Source: Polyangiaceae bacterium (GTDB taxonomy: Bacteria; Myxococcota_A; Polyangia; Polyangiales; Polyangiaceae). From it: DNA of 64,000 bases. The stretch covers positions 15,403 through 79,402 of the forward strand of contig JBEKOY010000008.1 in the NCBI GenBank assembly GCA_049521295.1, in the 5' to 3' direction. This document shows positions 45,754 to 56,740 of this stretch, piece by piece. Made by a program: the position numbers and the translations under genes. The notes below the pieces were generated by a model. The model did not search any database, was not told where the DNA came from, and was given only the letters and a program-made list of their open reading frames with translations. The stretch's first letter is position 1, and each line of letters opens with the position of its first letter.

Positions 45754-47952
45754 TCAGGGTCGAGCGGTTTGGTAGAGCGCGAAGGCGTATTCGTCGGCAA
45801 GCTTCTCGACGGTTGCCCGAACGAGATCTGCGCCTCCGTGGCCCGAGTGCTTCTCGATGCGCAGCAGCACCGGGCCGCCGACCGAAGCCCATTGGAGCTC
45901 TGCCGCGAATTTTCGGGCATGCATGGGGTCCACCCGATCGTCGCTGTCTGCGCTCAACAGCAGCGTGGCCGGGTACCGCGTGCCTTGGGTGACGTGATGG
46001 ATCGGTGAGTAGGCATAGAGAGCCGCAAAGTCATCTGCGTCATCCGCCGATCCGTACTCGGTGATCCACGTCCTGCCGCTGCCGAACAGCTGGTACCGAA
46101 GCATGTCGAGGAGCGGCACTCCGCACAGCGCAACGCGGAACAAATCCGGTCGCTGCGTGATGGCAGCGCCGACCAGCAGCCCTCCGTTCGAGGCTCCCAT
46201 CGCGACAAGCTTTTCGGGCGCCGTGAGTCGAAGTCGGACGAGCTCTTCGGCGACAGCAAAGTAGTCGTCGAACACGTGCTGCTTTTCGCGTCGCATGCCA
46301 TGACGGTGCCACGATTCTCCGTACTCGCTGCCGCCGCGCAAATTCGCGACCACCCACATCCCGCCGTGCTCGAGCCAGGGAAAGATCGACGATGAGAAAA
46401 CGGGCGTTTGCGCGGCCTGAAACCCGCCGTAGCCATAGAGGATCGTCGGCGTTTGCCCGGTGGGGCGCAGGTCCCGGGCGTGTACGACGAAAAAGGGGAC
46501 GCGCGTGCCGTCGCGACTTGCCGCAAAACGCTGCTCGACGACGTATTTGGAAGCGTCGACGGGAACCTTCAGCCTGTACCAGATCGATGTCTGGCCTGTG
46601 GCGACGCTCGTTTCGAAGATCTCGGTCGGAGACGTAAACGATTGGAACGAATAATAGGCGATGTCGTCGTCGGGCTCGCCGTAGAGGGCGCTCGCGGAGC
46701 CGAGGGTTGGCAGCGCCATGGCACGAACGAGTTTCCCGTTCTCGTCACGCAGTTCGACCTGGCTGACGACGTCCTTGAGGTAGGCAAGCGAGAGACTGTG
46801 TCCCGCGATGGTGAGGGCTTCCAGAGTGGCATCGTCGCGTTCCGGAACGATCTCGACCCATCGGTCTCGGTCTGGACGCTCCGGGTCGACGCGAAGCACG
46901 CGGTATCGCGGCGCGCCGTCGTTGGTCAAAACGAAGAAGCGATCGCGATCGACGCTGACGTCGTAACGTGCGTCCTTGCCGACGACGAGCGGCCTCCACT
47001 GCGGCTGCGGGGTATGCAGGTCTTGGAAGTAGACGTCCGTGCTCGTCCAGCCGTGCTCAATCGTCGCAACGAGCCAGCGTCCGTCGCGAGAGACTTCCGC
47101 GCCGATGAACGTCTGAGGATCCCCCGTTTTTTCGTGCACCACCCTGTCGGCACTCGGATCGGTTCCAAGTCGGTGATACCGAACCTCGGCGTATCCTGGC
47201 CGATCCGTCACGGGCACGCTGCCGGCGGGGGGAAGCCACGTGTAGTAGAAGCCTTTGCCCGACGGCTCCCAGGAAGGCCACGCATATTTGGCCCCTTGAA
47301 TCACATCGATCGCGCTCTTGTCCCCGGTGGCGACGTCCATCACCGTCAGCGTCGCTTCGTCGGAATTGTTCTGCTTGACTGTATACGCAACCTTCGCGCC
47401 GTCGTACGAGACACTCCACACTCCCAGCGAGAGGCTTCCGTCGTTGGACCAGGTGTTGGGATCGAGCAGTACCTTCTCCGGCCCGTTCCGGCCTTGCCTC
47501 CAATAGACCGCGAATTTCTCCTTGCCCGCGTCACGTCTCGGGAAAAACCACCGGTTGGCGTGGTGGCGTGGGGCGCCAACGGTCTCCACGTAAGAGAGCT
47601 CTTTGAGGCGCACCGCGAACGCTTCGCGTCCCGGAAGACCTGCGAGGATGGCTCGCGCGGTCGCATTTTGGCGGCCCGACCATGCCTTGACTTCCTGGTT
47701 GTCGTCTTCGAGCCACCGGTAGGGATCGGGTACGGCGATTCCGTGCAGCGTGTCGGTCGTGGCGTCCCGGCGCGTCGGCGGGTAGTTCATGGCTGCGTTG
47801 GGGGCGGACGCGGAGTCAACGGGCATGGGAATCGATGTTGGAGAGGGGGGAGCGGCTGGGCGGAGCGGTTGGGCGGAGGTCTCTGTTCGGCCCGCGCACG
47901 CAGCGCCACCGAGCGAGAGTGCGAACCACGAGAATGCTGCCGATGGCTTCAC
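45754..47952 (-). CDS. prolyl oligopeptidase (S9A)
   Basis: DPYRWLED N-terminal motif, beta-propeller region, and catalytic GASNGGLL. Start set to GTG 47952 ([19 protein letters not shown], lipobox-like). The ORF-track start 48114 would overlap the divergent neighbour. Confidence 0.85.
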   Translation of the reverse strand: MKPSAAFSWFALSLGGAACAGRTETSAQPLRPAAPPSPTSIPMPVDSASAPNAAMNYPPTRRDATTDTLHGIAVPDPYRWLEDDNQEVKAWSGRQNATARAILAGLPGREAFAVRLKELSYVETVGAPRHHANRWFFPRRDAGKEKFAVYWRQGRNGPEKVLLDPNTWSNDGSLSLGVWSVSYDGAKVAYTVKQNNSDEATLTVMDVATGDKSAIDVIQGAKYAWPSWEPSGKGFYYTWLPPAGSVPVTDRPGYAEVRYHRLGTDPSADRVVHEKTGDPQTFIGAEVSRDGRWLVATIEHGWTSTDVYFQDLHTPQPQWRPLVVGKDARYDVSVDRDRFFVLTNDGAPRYRVLRVDPERPDRDRWVEIVPERDDATLEALTIAGHSLSLAYLKDVVSQVELRDENGKLVRAMALPTLGSASALYGEPDDDIAYYSFQSFTSPTEIFETSVATGQTSIWYRLKVPVDASKYVVEQRFAASRDGTRVPFFVVHARDLRPTGQTPTILYGYGGFQAAQTPVFSSSIFPWLEHGGMWVVANLRGGSEYGESWHRHGMRREKQHVFDDYFAVAEELVRLRLTAPEKLVAMGASNGGLLVGAAITQRPDLFRVALCGVPLLDMLRYQLFGSGRTWITEYGSADDADDFAALYAYSPIHHVTQGTRYPATLLLSADSDDRVDPMHARKFAAELQWASVGGPVLLRIEKHSGHGGADLVRATVEKLADEYAFALYQTARP

Positions 47953-48103
47953 GGGTCCCGCGACAATAGCCTGCACGAAGCGCTGCGGCTCGCCTAGGCG
48001 CGAGCTTAAGGCCGCCAAGTTGTAGACTGCGTACGCGTTGCACGTCCGTCCGCCCAATCTAAAGCTCGGCCGCGAACCACTGGACCTCGGCGGTACGCCG
48101 CGC

Positions 48104-49144
48104 ATGCGGCCCACGACACGCTTGCGGATCTTGCTTCGCGAGCACGGACGAAAGCTTTGGTGGATTCATTCGGGGTACGCACTCGCTCTCGGGGCCGGGG
48201 TCGTCGCGTTCGCGAGGAAAGGCTTCGAGCATGCGCGCTGGTTGGCCATCTCGCTGGGCGTCGCGTGGTTGCTCGTGGTGGTGCTCTTTCGGGTGTTTCG
48301 TTCCGACGATCCGCCGAGCGCCTTCGACGATGCGGGGCCCAGAACGCGCGTCCGCTTCTACGTAATGACCTACGCCCTGAAGAATCTTTATCAAGGGATG
48401 CTGTTTTTCTTACTCCCCTTCTATTGGCAGTCGACGACGTTCGATGCGGCAAACGCCTGGTTCGTGCTGGTCCTCGCGGCGTGTGCGGTGATTTCGACGC
48501 TCGATATCGTCTTCGATCGCGTGCTCATGCGACGGCGATGGCTCGCGTCTCTGTTTCACGGTATCACCCTTTTCGGCTGCTTGAATCTTGTCACGCCTGC
48601 GCTGTTTCCGGACACGCGGACGCTCTGGTCGTTGCTCGCGGCCGCGGCAATTTCAGTCGTCAGTTTTTGGACGATCCACGTCACGAAGCGACAACTCCAA
48701 AGCAAGATCTACATCCCCATTTTCGCCATGAGTCTCGCAGCCGGCATTGGCGTGGCCTACGCAGCCCGGGCGGCAATTCCGCCGATCCCGATGTATGTAT
48801 CCACGGCGGGGGTCGGTCCCAAACAGCTCACGGACGGACGACTGGCCATGGCCGTCAAGACGTTGCACCCGTCCGTCATCCAGGAGCTCATTGCCGTGAC
48901 GGACGTGGTCGTTCCCGGGGGCAAGGGTGACCAACTTCGGCACGTATGGCGCCATCAAGGACGGGAGGTGCACAGACAAAGCGAGCAGACATCGCGAATC
49001 GCCGGGCCCAAGGGCGTGGTGCGCTTGCGCTCGTCGCTCAGCGCAAACGACTTGCCGACCGAACTCGTCGGTCGATGGTCAGTGGACGTTGAGACCGAAG
49101 ACGGGCAGCTTGTCGGTCGTACGGAGTTTGATGTCGTCGAGTAA
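48104..49144 (+). CDS. polytopic membrane protein with C-terminal DUF2914-like domain
   Basis: About 7 TM helices, then a soluble C-terminus: LRHVWRHQG...LVGRWSVDVETEDGQLVGRTEFDVV. The family recollection is tentative. Confidence 0.55.
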   Translation: MRPTTRLRILLREHGRKLWWIHSGYALALGAGVVAFARKGFEHARWLAISLGVAWLLVVVLFRVFRSDDPPSAFDDAGPRTRVRFYVMTYALKNLYQGMLFFLLPFYWQSTTFDAANAWFVLVLAACAVISTLDIVFDRVLMRRRWLASLFHGITLFGCLNLVTPALFPDTRTLWSLLAAAAISVVSFWTIHVTKRQLQSKIYIPIFAMSLAAGIGVAYAARAAIPPIPMYVSTAGVGPKQLTDGRLAMAVKTLHPSVIQELIAVTDVVVPGGKGDQLRHVWRHQGREVHRQSEQTSRIAGPKGVVRLRSSLSANDLPTELVGRWSVDVETEDGQLVGRTEFDVVE

Positions 49145-49257
49145 ACGGTCGATACTTGGGCACGAATTGTGCCACGTGTGGGCTCAAACATTGCTTGGGC
49201 GGACCTCTGGGCGTTCGAGCTTACCCAAAGACCCGGAGCCCGATCCAACGGGAGGTG

Positions 49258-49818
49258 ATGATGGAGAGTCTCGTGACGTACCTCGTCGCAGCCATGGTCG
49301 CGTGGGTGCCGCCGCATGCTCAGGCGCCGATGGAATCGCGGGAACAAGTGACGGCTCGATACGAAAATATAGCGCGCGATCTGGCGTCGGTGATTCTCGA
49401 CGAAGCCGAGGTACCCCTCTTCGCCGGACACGATGCACGCGCCCAGACGGCGCTCCTCATGCTGTCGGTCGCCTCGTACGAGAGCTCCTTTCGCAAGTCC
49501 GTGGACGACGGTCTTGGCCGTGGGGACGGAGGCAGCTCCTATTGCTTGATGCAAATTCGCGTCGGCCAGGGCGTGACTCGCGAAGGGTGGACGGGGCCGC
49601 AGCTCATCGACGATCGAAAGCGATGCTTTCGAGCCGCCCTCCACATGCTGCACAGCTCCTTTGCGGTCTGTCACTCATTCCCACTCGACGATCGCCTGAG
49701 CGCCTACGCAACCGGGCACTGCTTCGGTGGTGCGTCGATTTCACGCTCTCGCGTCACCCGGGCGCGCGCCTGGTGGAGCACCCACGCTCGCCCTCAACCA
49801 GGACCGGACGCCAGCTGA
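49258..49818 (+). CDS. possible lytic-transglycosylase (SLT/GH23)-like protein
   Basis: GGAGG RBS before ATG 49258/49261. Three motifs occur in SLT order: SYESSF (catalytic E-S), YCLMQI (GLMQ-like) and SAYATG (AYNxG-like). Confidence 0.45.
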   Translation: MMESLVTYLVAAMVAWVPPHAQAPMESREQVTARYENIARDLASVILDEAEVPLFAGHDARAQTALLMLSVASYESSFRKSVDDGLGRGDGGSSYCLMQIRVGQGVTREGWTGPQLIDDRKRCFRAALHMLHSSFAVCHSFPLDDRLSAYATGHCFGGASISRSRVTRARAWWSTHARPQPGPDAS

Positions 49819-49887
49819 ACATCGGACGGGCGCATGGCCGCCTCGGTCGGCAAGGTGCCACGGCTACGATCGGGCAGACGATAGAAC

Positions 49888-51681
49888 GTGACGACGTCCT
49901 TGGTTATGGATGACACCAACGAGAGCGTGATGTCCGAGGCATTCACTCCCCAAGAGCATCCGCCCGTCCTCGGCACACCTGCCAGGGCAACATCCGCGCG
50001 CCCGGTGGTTCGAGGGATCCACAAGGGGGCGTCGGTCGGCGCGTGGCGCTTCGTGCGAGCTTACACGACGACCTTCGTCGTCATCGCGAGCTACGTCGGG
50101 CTGGCGGTGCGCGCGCGTGTCTTCGGTCGAATCTGGCGGGACACGCACATCGGCGCCGTCCACACACGAAATGCCCGGCGCGTGTATCGGGCCATCGTCG
50201 ATTTGCAGGGCCTGTTCATCAAAGTCGGTCAATTGCTGTCGATCATGGCGAATTTCCTACCCGACGAGTTCCGCGTCGAGCTGGAGGCGTTGCAGGACCA
50301 GGTCCCTCCACGGCCGTACGCCGAGATTGCGGAGCGTCTCGAGCGCGAACTCGGTCCACGAATGGCCATGATATCGTCGCTCGAGCGCGAGCCGATCGCG
50401 AGCGCTTCGCTTGGGCAGGTGCACGGGGCCTATCTCGTCGACGGTCGTCGCGTTTGCTTCAAGGTGCAGCATCGAGAAATCGATCGGATCGTTGTGCTCG
50501 ACCTGGCCACGATTCGGCACATCATGCGGATCGTTCGATGGTTTGCACCCGTCCAAGGGCTCGACGCCTATTATCATCAGATCAAGGAGCTCGTGTCGCA
50601 GGAGCTCGATTTCGAGCTCGAGGCCGACAACATCGAGCGGATCGCCAAAAACTTTGCGACGGACGACCGCGTCGTTTTCCCAGAGCCGCTGCGCGAACTG
50701 TGCACCCGCCGCGTGTTGACCACGACCTTCGTCGAAGGCGTCAAGGTGAGCGACGTAACTGCGCTCGACGGTTTGGGCGTCGACAAGCGGGAGGTCGCAC
50801 GGCGCCTCGTTCGCTTGTACTGCCAAATGATTTTCGTCGATGGCGTCTACCACGCCGACCCCCATCCGGGGAATTTGCTGGTGCAAAAGGACGGCAAGAT
50901 CGTCCTACTCGATTTTGGGGCCGTCGCTGAACTCAGCCCGCGCATGAGGGAGGGAATCACGGAATTCCTCGAAGGGGTTCTTCGACGAGACACGGATCGG
51001 CTCGTCAAGTCGATGCGCAAGATGGGGTTCATTTCTCGCGCCACCGATGACACACTGAGCGAGAGGATCATTGAGTACTTCCACCGGCGGTTTCAGGAGG
51101 AGGTGCGTCTCGACAGCTTCAACTTGAAAGATCTGCGCATCGACCCGCAGAGGGGATTGGAGAATCTTCTCGATCTGCGGCGTATGAATATCGGGCTGCG
51201 CGAACTGTCGGGTGCATTTCATATCCCGAAGGACTGGGTGCTTCTCGAACGCACTCTTTTGCTCGTCTACGGGTGCTGCTCCCTTCTGGACCCCGAGCTC
51301 AATCCGGTGGCGATCATTCAGCCGTACTTGCATCAGTATGTGCTCGGAAGCCGTGATTTCGCACAGATCGCCATGGAGTCCATTCGCGACGTCGCGATGG
51401 GTGCCATGACGCTCCCAGAAGACGTCCGTCGGTTCTTGACCAAGGCGAGCCGTGGCGAGCTCGAAGTCCGGGTGCGCGGATTGCGAGACGGAACGACGGC
51501 CCTGTACGCCGCCGCTCGCCAGATGATTTACACAGCAATCGCGCTGTTCGCAGGGTATGAGGGACTCGACTCTTGGCGGCACCGTGAACTCTTGCTGGCT
51601 CGCTGGCTCTTTGGTGTTTCGGTCCTGAGCACGGTCCTCTTGGTCGGGTCCAGCATTCTGTCGCGGCCCCGGGGTCGCTGA
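49888..51681 (+). CDS. ABC1/UbiB (AarF)-family atypical kinase
   Basis: FIKVGQLLS, ASASLGQVHGA, CFKVQH, HADPHPGNLLV and LDFG, plus C-terminal TM helices. The start is uncertain (49888 GTG, 49906 or 49930 ATG). Confidence 0.85.
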   Translation: MTTSLVMDDTNESVMSEAFTPQEHPPVLGTPARATSARPVVRGIHKGASVGAWRFVRAYTTTFVVIASYVGLAVRARVFGRIWRDTHIGAVHTRNARRVYRAIVDLQGLFIKVGQLLSIMANFLPDEFRVELEALQDQVPPRPYAEIAERLERELGPRMAMISSLEREPIASASLGQVHGAYLVDGRRVCFKVQHREIDRIVVLDLATIRHIMRIVRWFAPVQGLDAYYHQIKELVSQELDFELEADNIERIAKNFATDDRVVFPEPLRELCTRRVLTTTFVEGVKVSDVTALDGLGVDKREVARRLVRLYCQMIFVDGVYHADPHPGNLLVQKDGKIVLLDFGAVAELSPRMREGITEFLEGVLRRDTDRLVKSMRKMGFISRATDDTLSERIIEYFHRRFQEEVRLDSFNLKDLRIDPQRGLENLLDLRRMNIGLRELSGAFHIPKDWVLLERTLLLVYGCCSLLDPELNPVAIIQPYLHQYVLGSRDFAQIAMESIRDVAMGAMTLPEDVRRFLTKASRGELEVRVRGLRDGTTALYAAARQMIYTAIALFAGYEGLDSWRHRELLLARWLFGVSVLSTVLLVGSSILSRPRGR

Positions 51682-51705
51682 GCTTTCGGATAATCTTGTA
51701 TTTCC

Positions 51706-53223
51706 ATGCCCCATCACATCCTGGCGATCGATCAAGGGACCACGGGCTCGACGGCGCTCGTTGTCGAAGTGGTCGGCGGTTCCGCAAGCCGAACGCTCGG
51801 CCGATCGACCGCTGAGTTTCGGCAGCACTTTCCCCGACCCGGGTGGGTTTCGCACGACGCGAGGGAAATTTGGACGAGCGTGGAAGATTGCGTTCGCGAT
51901 GCGCTGAGGGCGGCCGGAGTCTCCGGAAGCGACGTCGCGGCGATCGGCATTGCGAACCAGCGCGAGACGACGCTCGTTTGGGATCGTGAAACGCGCAAGC
52001 CCATCGATCTCGCGATCGTCTGGCAGTGCCGGCGCACATCGGATGTTTGCGAGGCCTTGAAGGGAAACCCTCGGACGGTGGCGCGCGTGCGAGAGAGGAC
52101 AGGGCTCGTGATCGATGCGTACTTCAGTGCAACGAAGATCGCGTGGCTGCTCGACCACGTCGAAGGCGCGCGGGAGCGCGCCGGCCGCGGCGAATTGGCT
52201 TTCGGTACGGTCGACACCTTCCTCGTAAGTCAGTTGACGAGTGGTGCGGCTCACGTCACGGACGTGACCAATGCATCGCGCACGCTGCTCATGAATCTCG
52301 CGCGGGGCGAGTGGGACTCCGAACTGTGCGGGCTTTTTCGAGTTCCCGAGACGGTGCTTCCCACCATCGTCGGGAGCGCCGAAGTCGTCGGACGCACGAC
52401 CGGTGTCGGCTTCTTGCCCGATGGGGTGCCGATCGCGGGAATCGCGGGCGATCAGCAAGCGGCGTTGTTCGGACAGGGTTGCTTTCGCGAGGGCGACGCG
52501 AAGTGCACCTACGGCACCGGTGCCTTCGTCCTGATGAACATCGGCGACCGTCCAATCTGGAGCGATCACGGCCTCGTGACGACCGTCGCGTGGCGGATTA
52601 ACGGCGCCACGACGTATGCGCTAGAGGGCAGCGCATTCACTGCCGGCGCCGCGGTTCAGTGGCTCCGCGATGGGCTCGGCATCATCCAAGCCGCGAAGGA
52701 CGTCGAGGTCCTCGCGAGGCGAGTCTCCAGTAGCGAGGGCGTCGTCTTCGTCCCCGCGCTTGCGGGCTTAGGCGCACCGCATTGGGATCCGGATGCGCGA
52801 GGCACGATTACCGGCCTCACGCGCGGCACGACCGCGGCGCATCTGGCCCGCGCCACACTCGAAGGGATTGCCTTCGAAGTGGGCGATCTCTTGGATGCCA
52901 TGGTCAAGGACGCGAAGCGCCCGCTGGCTCGGCTGCGCGTCGATGGGGGAGCTGCGGCCAACGACACCCTCATGCAGTTTCAGGCCGATGTCGCCGACGT
53001 GGTGGTCGAGCGCCCGGCAGACGTCGAGTCCACGGGGCGTGGTGCCGCCATGCTGGCCGGCATCGGTTCGGCTCTTTGCCTTGGGTTCGACGACGCTGCG
53101 CGTCTCGTGCGGTTCGAGTCCAGGTTCGAGCCAAAATTGGCGCAAGCCGAGCGAGCGGCCCACTGGGATCGCTGGACGGATGCCGTGCGCCGCGCGCGCT
53201 CGGTGCGCCCGCGTTCGCTTTGA
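51706..53223 (+). CDS. glpK: glycerol kinase
   Basis: ILAIDQGTTGS, GIANQRETT, YFSATKIAWLLD and GDQQAALFGQ. Confidence 0.95.
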   Translation: MPHHILAIDQGTTGSTALVVEVVGGSASRTLGRSTAEFRQHFPRPGWVSHDAREIWTSVEDCVRDALRAAGVSGSDVAAIGIANQRETTLVWDRETRKPIDLAIVWQCRRTSDVCEALKGNPRTVARVRERTGLVIDAYFSATKIAWLLDHVEGARERAGRGELAFGTVDTFLVSQLTSGAAHVTDVTNASRTLLMNLARGEWDSELCGLFRVPETVLPTIVGSAEVVGRTTGVGFLPDGVPIAGIAGDQQAALFGQGCFREGDAKCTYGTGAFVLMNIGDRPIWSDHGLVTTVAWRINGATTYALEGSAFTAGAAVQWLRDGLGIIQAAKDVEVLARRVSSSEGVVFVPALAGLGAPHWDPDARGTITGLTRGTTAAHLARATLEGIAFEVGDLLDAMVKDAKRPLARLRVDGGAAANDTLMQFQADVADVVVERPADVESTGRGAAMLAGIGSALCLGFDDAARLVRFESRFEPKLAQAERAAHWDRWTDAVRRARSVRPRSL

Positions 53224-53493
53224 ATGCGGGGTGCGGCCGCGCTGACGTTTGACCAGCGGCGCCAGTCCTTTCGCAGGCCTCGAAGGACTGCGGGTCGGAG
53301 GCCCCCCCTTTCGCGCCGGGCGTGCGCGTGCGATTCTGGGAAAGAGCGCACGCATGCGATCAACGAAAGTGCGTCTCAGGTTCTTCTGCCGGCCGTTACG
53401 CGCCCGAGCCCGGCGCGCCTGGACGTTCCAGCACGCTGGATCTCGGACAGCCGGTCGCTCGAGGCCGGTCATTTTGCCGGAGAAAGGAAAGCC

Positions 53494-54276
53494 ATGTCGA
53501 GCAGCAATGCGGGGGATCGCTCGGGGGCGGGCACCGAGCCTGCGCCCTTGCGCGACGTGCCCGTGGACTGGGAGGCGCTCGAGGACGCCTTCGAAAACAA
53601 CGCGCCCGAGGTGCACAGTTATTTGCATCTGACCACGGGCGAAGTCTTGCGCGTGGTCGACGGCGTCGCCGACCCGCAAATGCACGTGCGCATCGCGTCG
53701 GACGGCACGTATTTGCGCGTCGAGCCCGTCAGTTCGCGCGAGCAATATCGCTGGATGGAGCGCTTCATTCCCACGGTGGAAGACACCGAGCTTCGGAGCA
53801 AGCTCTCGCAGGCTATCGACGGCAAGGGTGCGTTCCGTCGCTTCAAGGACGTGCTGATGAACTACGCTACGGACCGCGAGCGGTGGTTTGCGTTTCGCAG
53901 CGAGCGCCTGCGGACCTTCATGGAGGCGTGGTTGAATGCTCACGCCATCCAATCGGTCGCGAGACAAGCGTGGTCCGATCCCGCGCCGGCGCTGGCACCC
54001 GAATCGGCTCCGGAGTCGACCGAGGAGTCCGCACCGAAATCGCAGAGCGGCCGCAGGCTCCGCAACGCCGAGACGTTGCGACAGAGCTTGAAGGAGCTTG
54101 GGGACACGCTCGGACCCAGGGATCTCGAGATCGTCGTCGGTTTCGCCGAGTTTCTGAAAACTCGGCGGGCTGCGCGCAGCTTCGCCCATCATGCCGATCA
54201 CATGATTCAAGAACGAGGAGCGACGGCACCCTCGACGACGGAGGATTCCCTGAAGAAGCGCGACGAATCGTCGTGA
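53494..54276 (+). CDS. UPF0158-like protein
   Basis: 260 aa from ATG 53494 (AGGAAAG upstream), with IDGKGAFRRFKDVL... The ORF-track start 53224 is an extension that abuts the glpK stop. Confidence 0.55.
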   Translation: MSSSNAGDRSGAGTEPAPLRDVPVDWEALEDAFENNAPEVHSYLHLTTGEVLRVVDGVADPQMHVRIASDGTYLRVEPVSSREQYRWMERFIPTVEDTELRSKLSQAIDGKGAFRRFKDVLMNYATDRERWFAFRSERLRTFMEAWLNAHAIQSVARQAWSDPAPALAPESAPESTEESAPKSQSGRRLRNAETLRQSLKELGDTLGPRDLEIVVGFAEFLKTRRAARSFAHHADHMIQERGATAPSTTEDSLKKRDESS

Positions 54277-54986
54277 ATTCACGCGGCGGCTCCGCAAAGG
54301 TCCTTGCGACATTGGGCGCGATGGTGTTGCCGGGGGCAGCGCTCGCAGACGACGCGCCGACGCACGCCGTCGTCGACCGCGCAGTGGTTCGGTTCATCAC
54401 GGCTGAGACCGGCGGGGCCGAGCGGCCGCGCTTCGTCTTCGAACGAACGCTCGCGCTCGAGGCGCGGCTCGAGTTGATGGCGGAGCGGCCGGAGGGCTTG
54501 GGCGAAGGATACGACGAGCGGCACGTCAGAGCCGCGCTTGACAACGACATCGGCGAGGAGGTGCTCACGGCTCTCGCCCAGAAGCTCATCTCGGGCTCGC
54601 CCGCCGCGCGGCGGCCGACGGAGCGGGATTTGTCACGTCTTGAAGAAGAGCTTACTCTCGCGCTCTACGAGCGGCTGGGAGGGCAAGGTCGCGTCGGGGC
54701 GGCGGCGGCCGCTGAGCAGCTCGACGCATCCGAGGTGAAGGCTCTGTGGCGTCGTCGGGCGCTTGCGGCGTTCTACGTGGATCGCGCCGTTACACAAGTC
54801 CTCGAACCGAGCGAGGAGCAGCTGAGAGAGGTGTTCCGTACCTCGGCGCATCCGTATCGCGGCAAACCGTTCGAGGAGGTACGGACCCCCCTACGGCGGT
54901 GGTTCATCGCGGAGCGCTTGCGCGCCGCGGAGAGTGCCTTCATGCAAGGGGCACGGGCGCGCCTTCGCATCGTACTCACCCGGTGA
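54273..54986 (+). CDS. secreted hypothetical protein (SurA_N-like helical)
   Basis: GTG 54273 overlaps the upstream stop (GTGA). The signal peptide is KVLATLGAMVLPGAALA. The ORF-track 554-aa form is an extension. Confidence 0.5.
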   Translation: MNSRGGSAKVLATLGAMVLPGAALADDAPTHAVVDRAVVRFITAETGGAERPRFVFERTLALEARLELMAERPEGLGEGYDERHVRAALDNDIGEEVLTALAQKLISGSPAARRPTERDLSRLEEELTLALYERLGGQGRVGAAAAAEQLDASEVKALWRRRALAAFYVDRAVTQVLEPSEEQLREVFRTSAHPYRGKPFEEVRTPLRRWFIAERLRAAESAFMQGARARLRIVLTR

Positions 54987-55674
54987 CGAAACGAGCCACC
55001 TCGTCGGCTACGGTCTCGATCACTTCGTCGGGCCTCCGCCCGCGCCCCTTGGGCAGCGCGAGGGAGTGATCGGCGCCCTCGACCACGAACAGACGCGAAC
55101 CCGGGTAGAGGGATTCGACGATCGGGCGAAGTTCGTCCGGGCGTCCGAACCGATCGCCGGAGCCCTGGACGAACAGCATAGGCGCGCGCACCCGCGTGAG
55201 ATGAGCGGCGCGCAGCTGCTCGGGTTTGCCCGGCGGATGAAGTGGATATCCGAGGAGAACGAGGCCGGCCAGTTGCTGGGCCCCGACGTCGTCGTCGGCG
55301 GCTACGTGCGTCGCGATGCGCCCTCCCATCGACTTGCCGCCGATGAAGAGCGGAACGGCTGGAGACGACCATCGAACCCGCAGGGCGGCAAGCGCCGCGC
55401 GCCAGGTCGTTTCGAGAACGTGGGTCGGGTCCGGTGCGCGCCTTCCTGCGGAAGCATAGAGAAAATCGAACGTGAAGACGTGGATCTTACGTCTTGCTAG
55501 CGCGCAAGCGATGCCCACCATGAAAGGGTGGCTCTGCCGCCCGCCCGCCCCATGACCGAGTACGACGCGCGCGCAGGGCTGACCCATCCCATAGAAAAGG
55601 CCCGATCCGGTGCGGCCATCGACATCGAATGTGAAGCCCGTCGAGCTCACGACGAATTCGAGGTAACACGCCAT
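54976..55674 (-). CDS. alpha/beta-hydrolase-fold protein (dienelactone hydrolase/KANL3-like)
   Basis: LGHGAGG, the nucleophile-elbow-like GGKSMGG, and GADHS. Confidence 0.65.
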   Translation of the reverse strand: MACYLEFVVSSTGFTFDVDGRTGSGLFYGMGQPCARVVLGHGAGGRQSHPFMVGIACALARRKIHVFTFDFLYASAGRRAPDPTHVLETTWRAALAALRVRWSSPAVPLFIGGKSMGGRIATHVAADDDVGAQQLAGLVLLGYPLHPPGKPEQLRAAHLTRVRAPMLFVQGSGDRFGRPDELRPIVESLYPGSRLFVVEGADHSLALPKGRGRRPDEVIETVADEVARFVTG

Positions 55675-55679
55675 GATTC

Positions 55680-56609
55680 ATGCTGGATAGCCGAAAGGTC
55701 GTTCTCGTGGCGCTCGCAGGAAACGTCGCCATCGCCGCCTGCAAGTTTGCCGCCGCCGCCGCGTCGCACTCGACGGCTACCCTAGCCGAGGCCGTACACT
55801 CGCTCGCGGACACGGGCAATCAGGCTTTGCTGTTGGTCGGCATGAGCCTGGCGGCACGTCCGCCCGACGATCGGTTCCCCTTCGGACGCGCAAGTGAGCT
55901 TTACTTCTGGCCCTTCGTCGTGGCGCTGCTTCTGTTCAGCGTGGGCGGGGCATTCGCCGTTTTCGAAGGGATCGAACGAGTGGCCCATCCGGTCCGCGCC
56001 GAGGGTCGCGGCGTGAGCTGCGCAGTGCTGGGGCTTTCGCTGGTCATCGAAGGGACGAGCCTTCGTGCCGCCCTGGTGGAGTTTGGAAAGGTGACCGGCG
56101 GTCGTCCCTTGCTGCGTGCCCTGCTCGATGCACGGGATCCGACGATCCCGCTCGTGCTTGCCGAGGACGCGGCCGCGATTGTCGGGCTGGTCTTGGCGCT
56201 CGCCGCCCTCGGCGCGAGCGCGCTGACGGGGCAACCGTTCTGGGACCCGATTGGGAGTGTCTTGATCGGTCTGCTCCTCTGCGCCGTTGCACTGGTGCTT
56301 GCGAAGGTCACGCACGGACTCCTCATTGGCGAAAGCGCAACGTCCGAAGATCGGATGCGAGTCGTCGAGCTGGCATCCGGCGTGGATGGGGTCGAACGGG
56401 TCACGCAGCTTCTGACGATGCATCTCGGACCCGACGTCATCCTGCTGGCGCTCAAGGTCGCGTTTCGTTCGACGCTTACCGTCGAAGAGGTGGAGCTTGC
56501 GACGAACGGCCTCGAGGCACGCATCCGCGCCGCAATGCCGCGGATGCGAAAGATCTTCATCGAAGCCGATTCGCGCGGCGATCTGCGAGGCGTAGGCCAA
56601 AAGGACTAG
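55680..56609 (+). CDS. cation diffusion facilitator family transporter
   Basis: LAEAVHSLADTGNQ (TM2 HxxxD), six TM helices, and a C-terminal cytoplasmic domain. Confidence 0.85.
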   Translation: MLDSRKVVLVALAGNVAIAACKFAAAAASHSTATLAEAVHSLADTGNQALLLVGMSLAARPPDDRFPFGRASELYFWPFVVALLLFSVGGAFAVFEGIERVAHPVRAEGRGVSCAVLGLSLVIEGTSLRAALVEFGKVTGGRPLLRALLDARDPTIPLVLAEDAAAIVGLVLALAALGASALTGQPFWDPIGSVLIGLLLCAVALVLAKVTHGLLIGESATSEDRMRVVELASGVDGVERVTQLLTMHLGPDVILLALKVAFRSTLTVEEVELATNGLEARIRAAMPRMRKIFIEADSRGDLRGVGQKD

Positions 56610-56740
56610 GCCCGCTTTAGGGCCGCTGGGGGGCCCACACGGAATCCACCCGCCGCGAGACTGCCTCGGGCTTGCGACGGGTGACTACCGTCTGGGCTCC
56701 GTAATGGGCGGAGGCCCTGTCGATGTCTCCGACCGCCCTT

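Noticed and set aside
46408-47997. 529-aa plus-strand ORF
   Set aside because: It is antisense to prolyl oligopeptidase, which carries the DPYRWLED and GASNGG motifs.
50905-52569. 554-aa minus-strand ORF (and 52768..54312 minus)
   Set aside because: Both are antisense to the ABC1 kinase, glpK and the UPF0158-like gene, and have no recognisable motifs.
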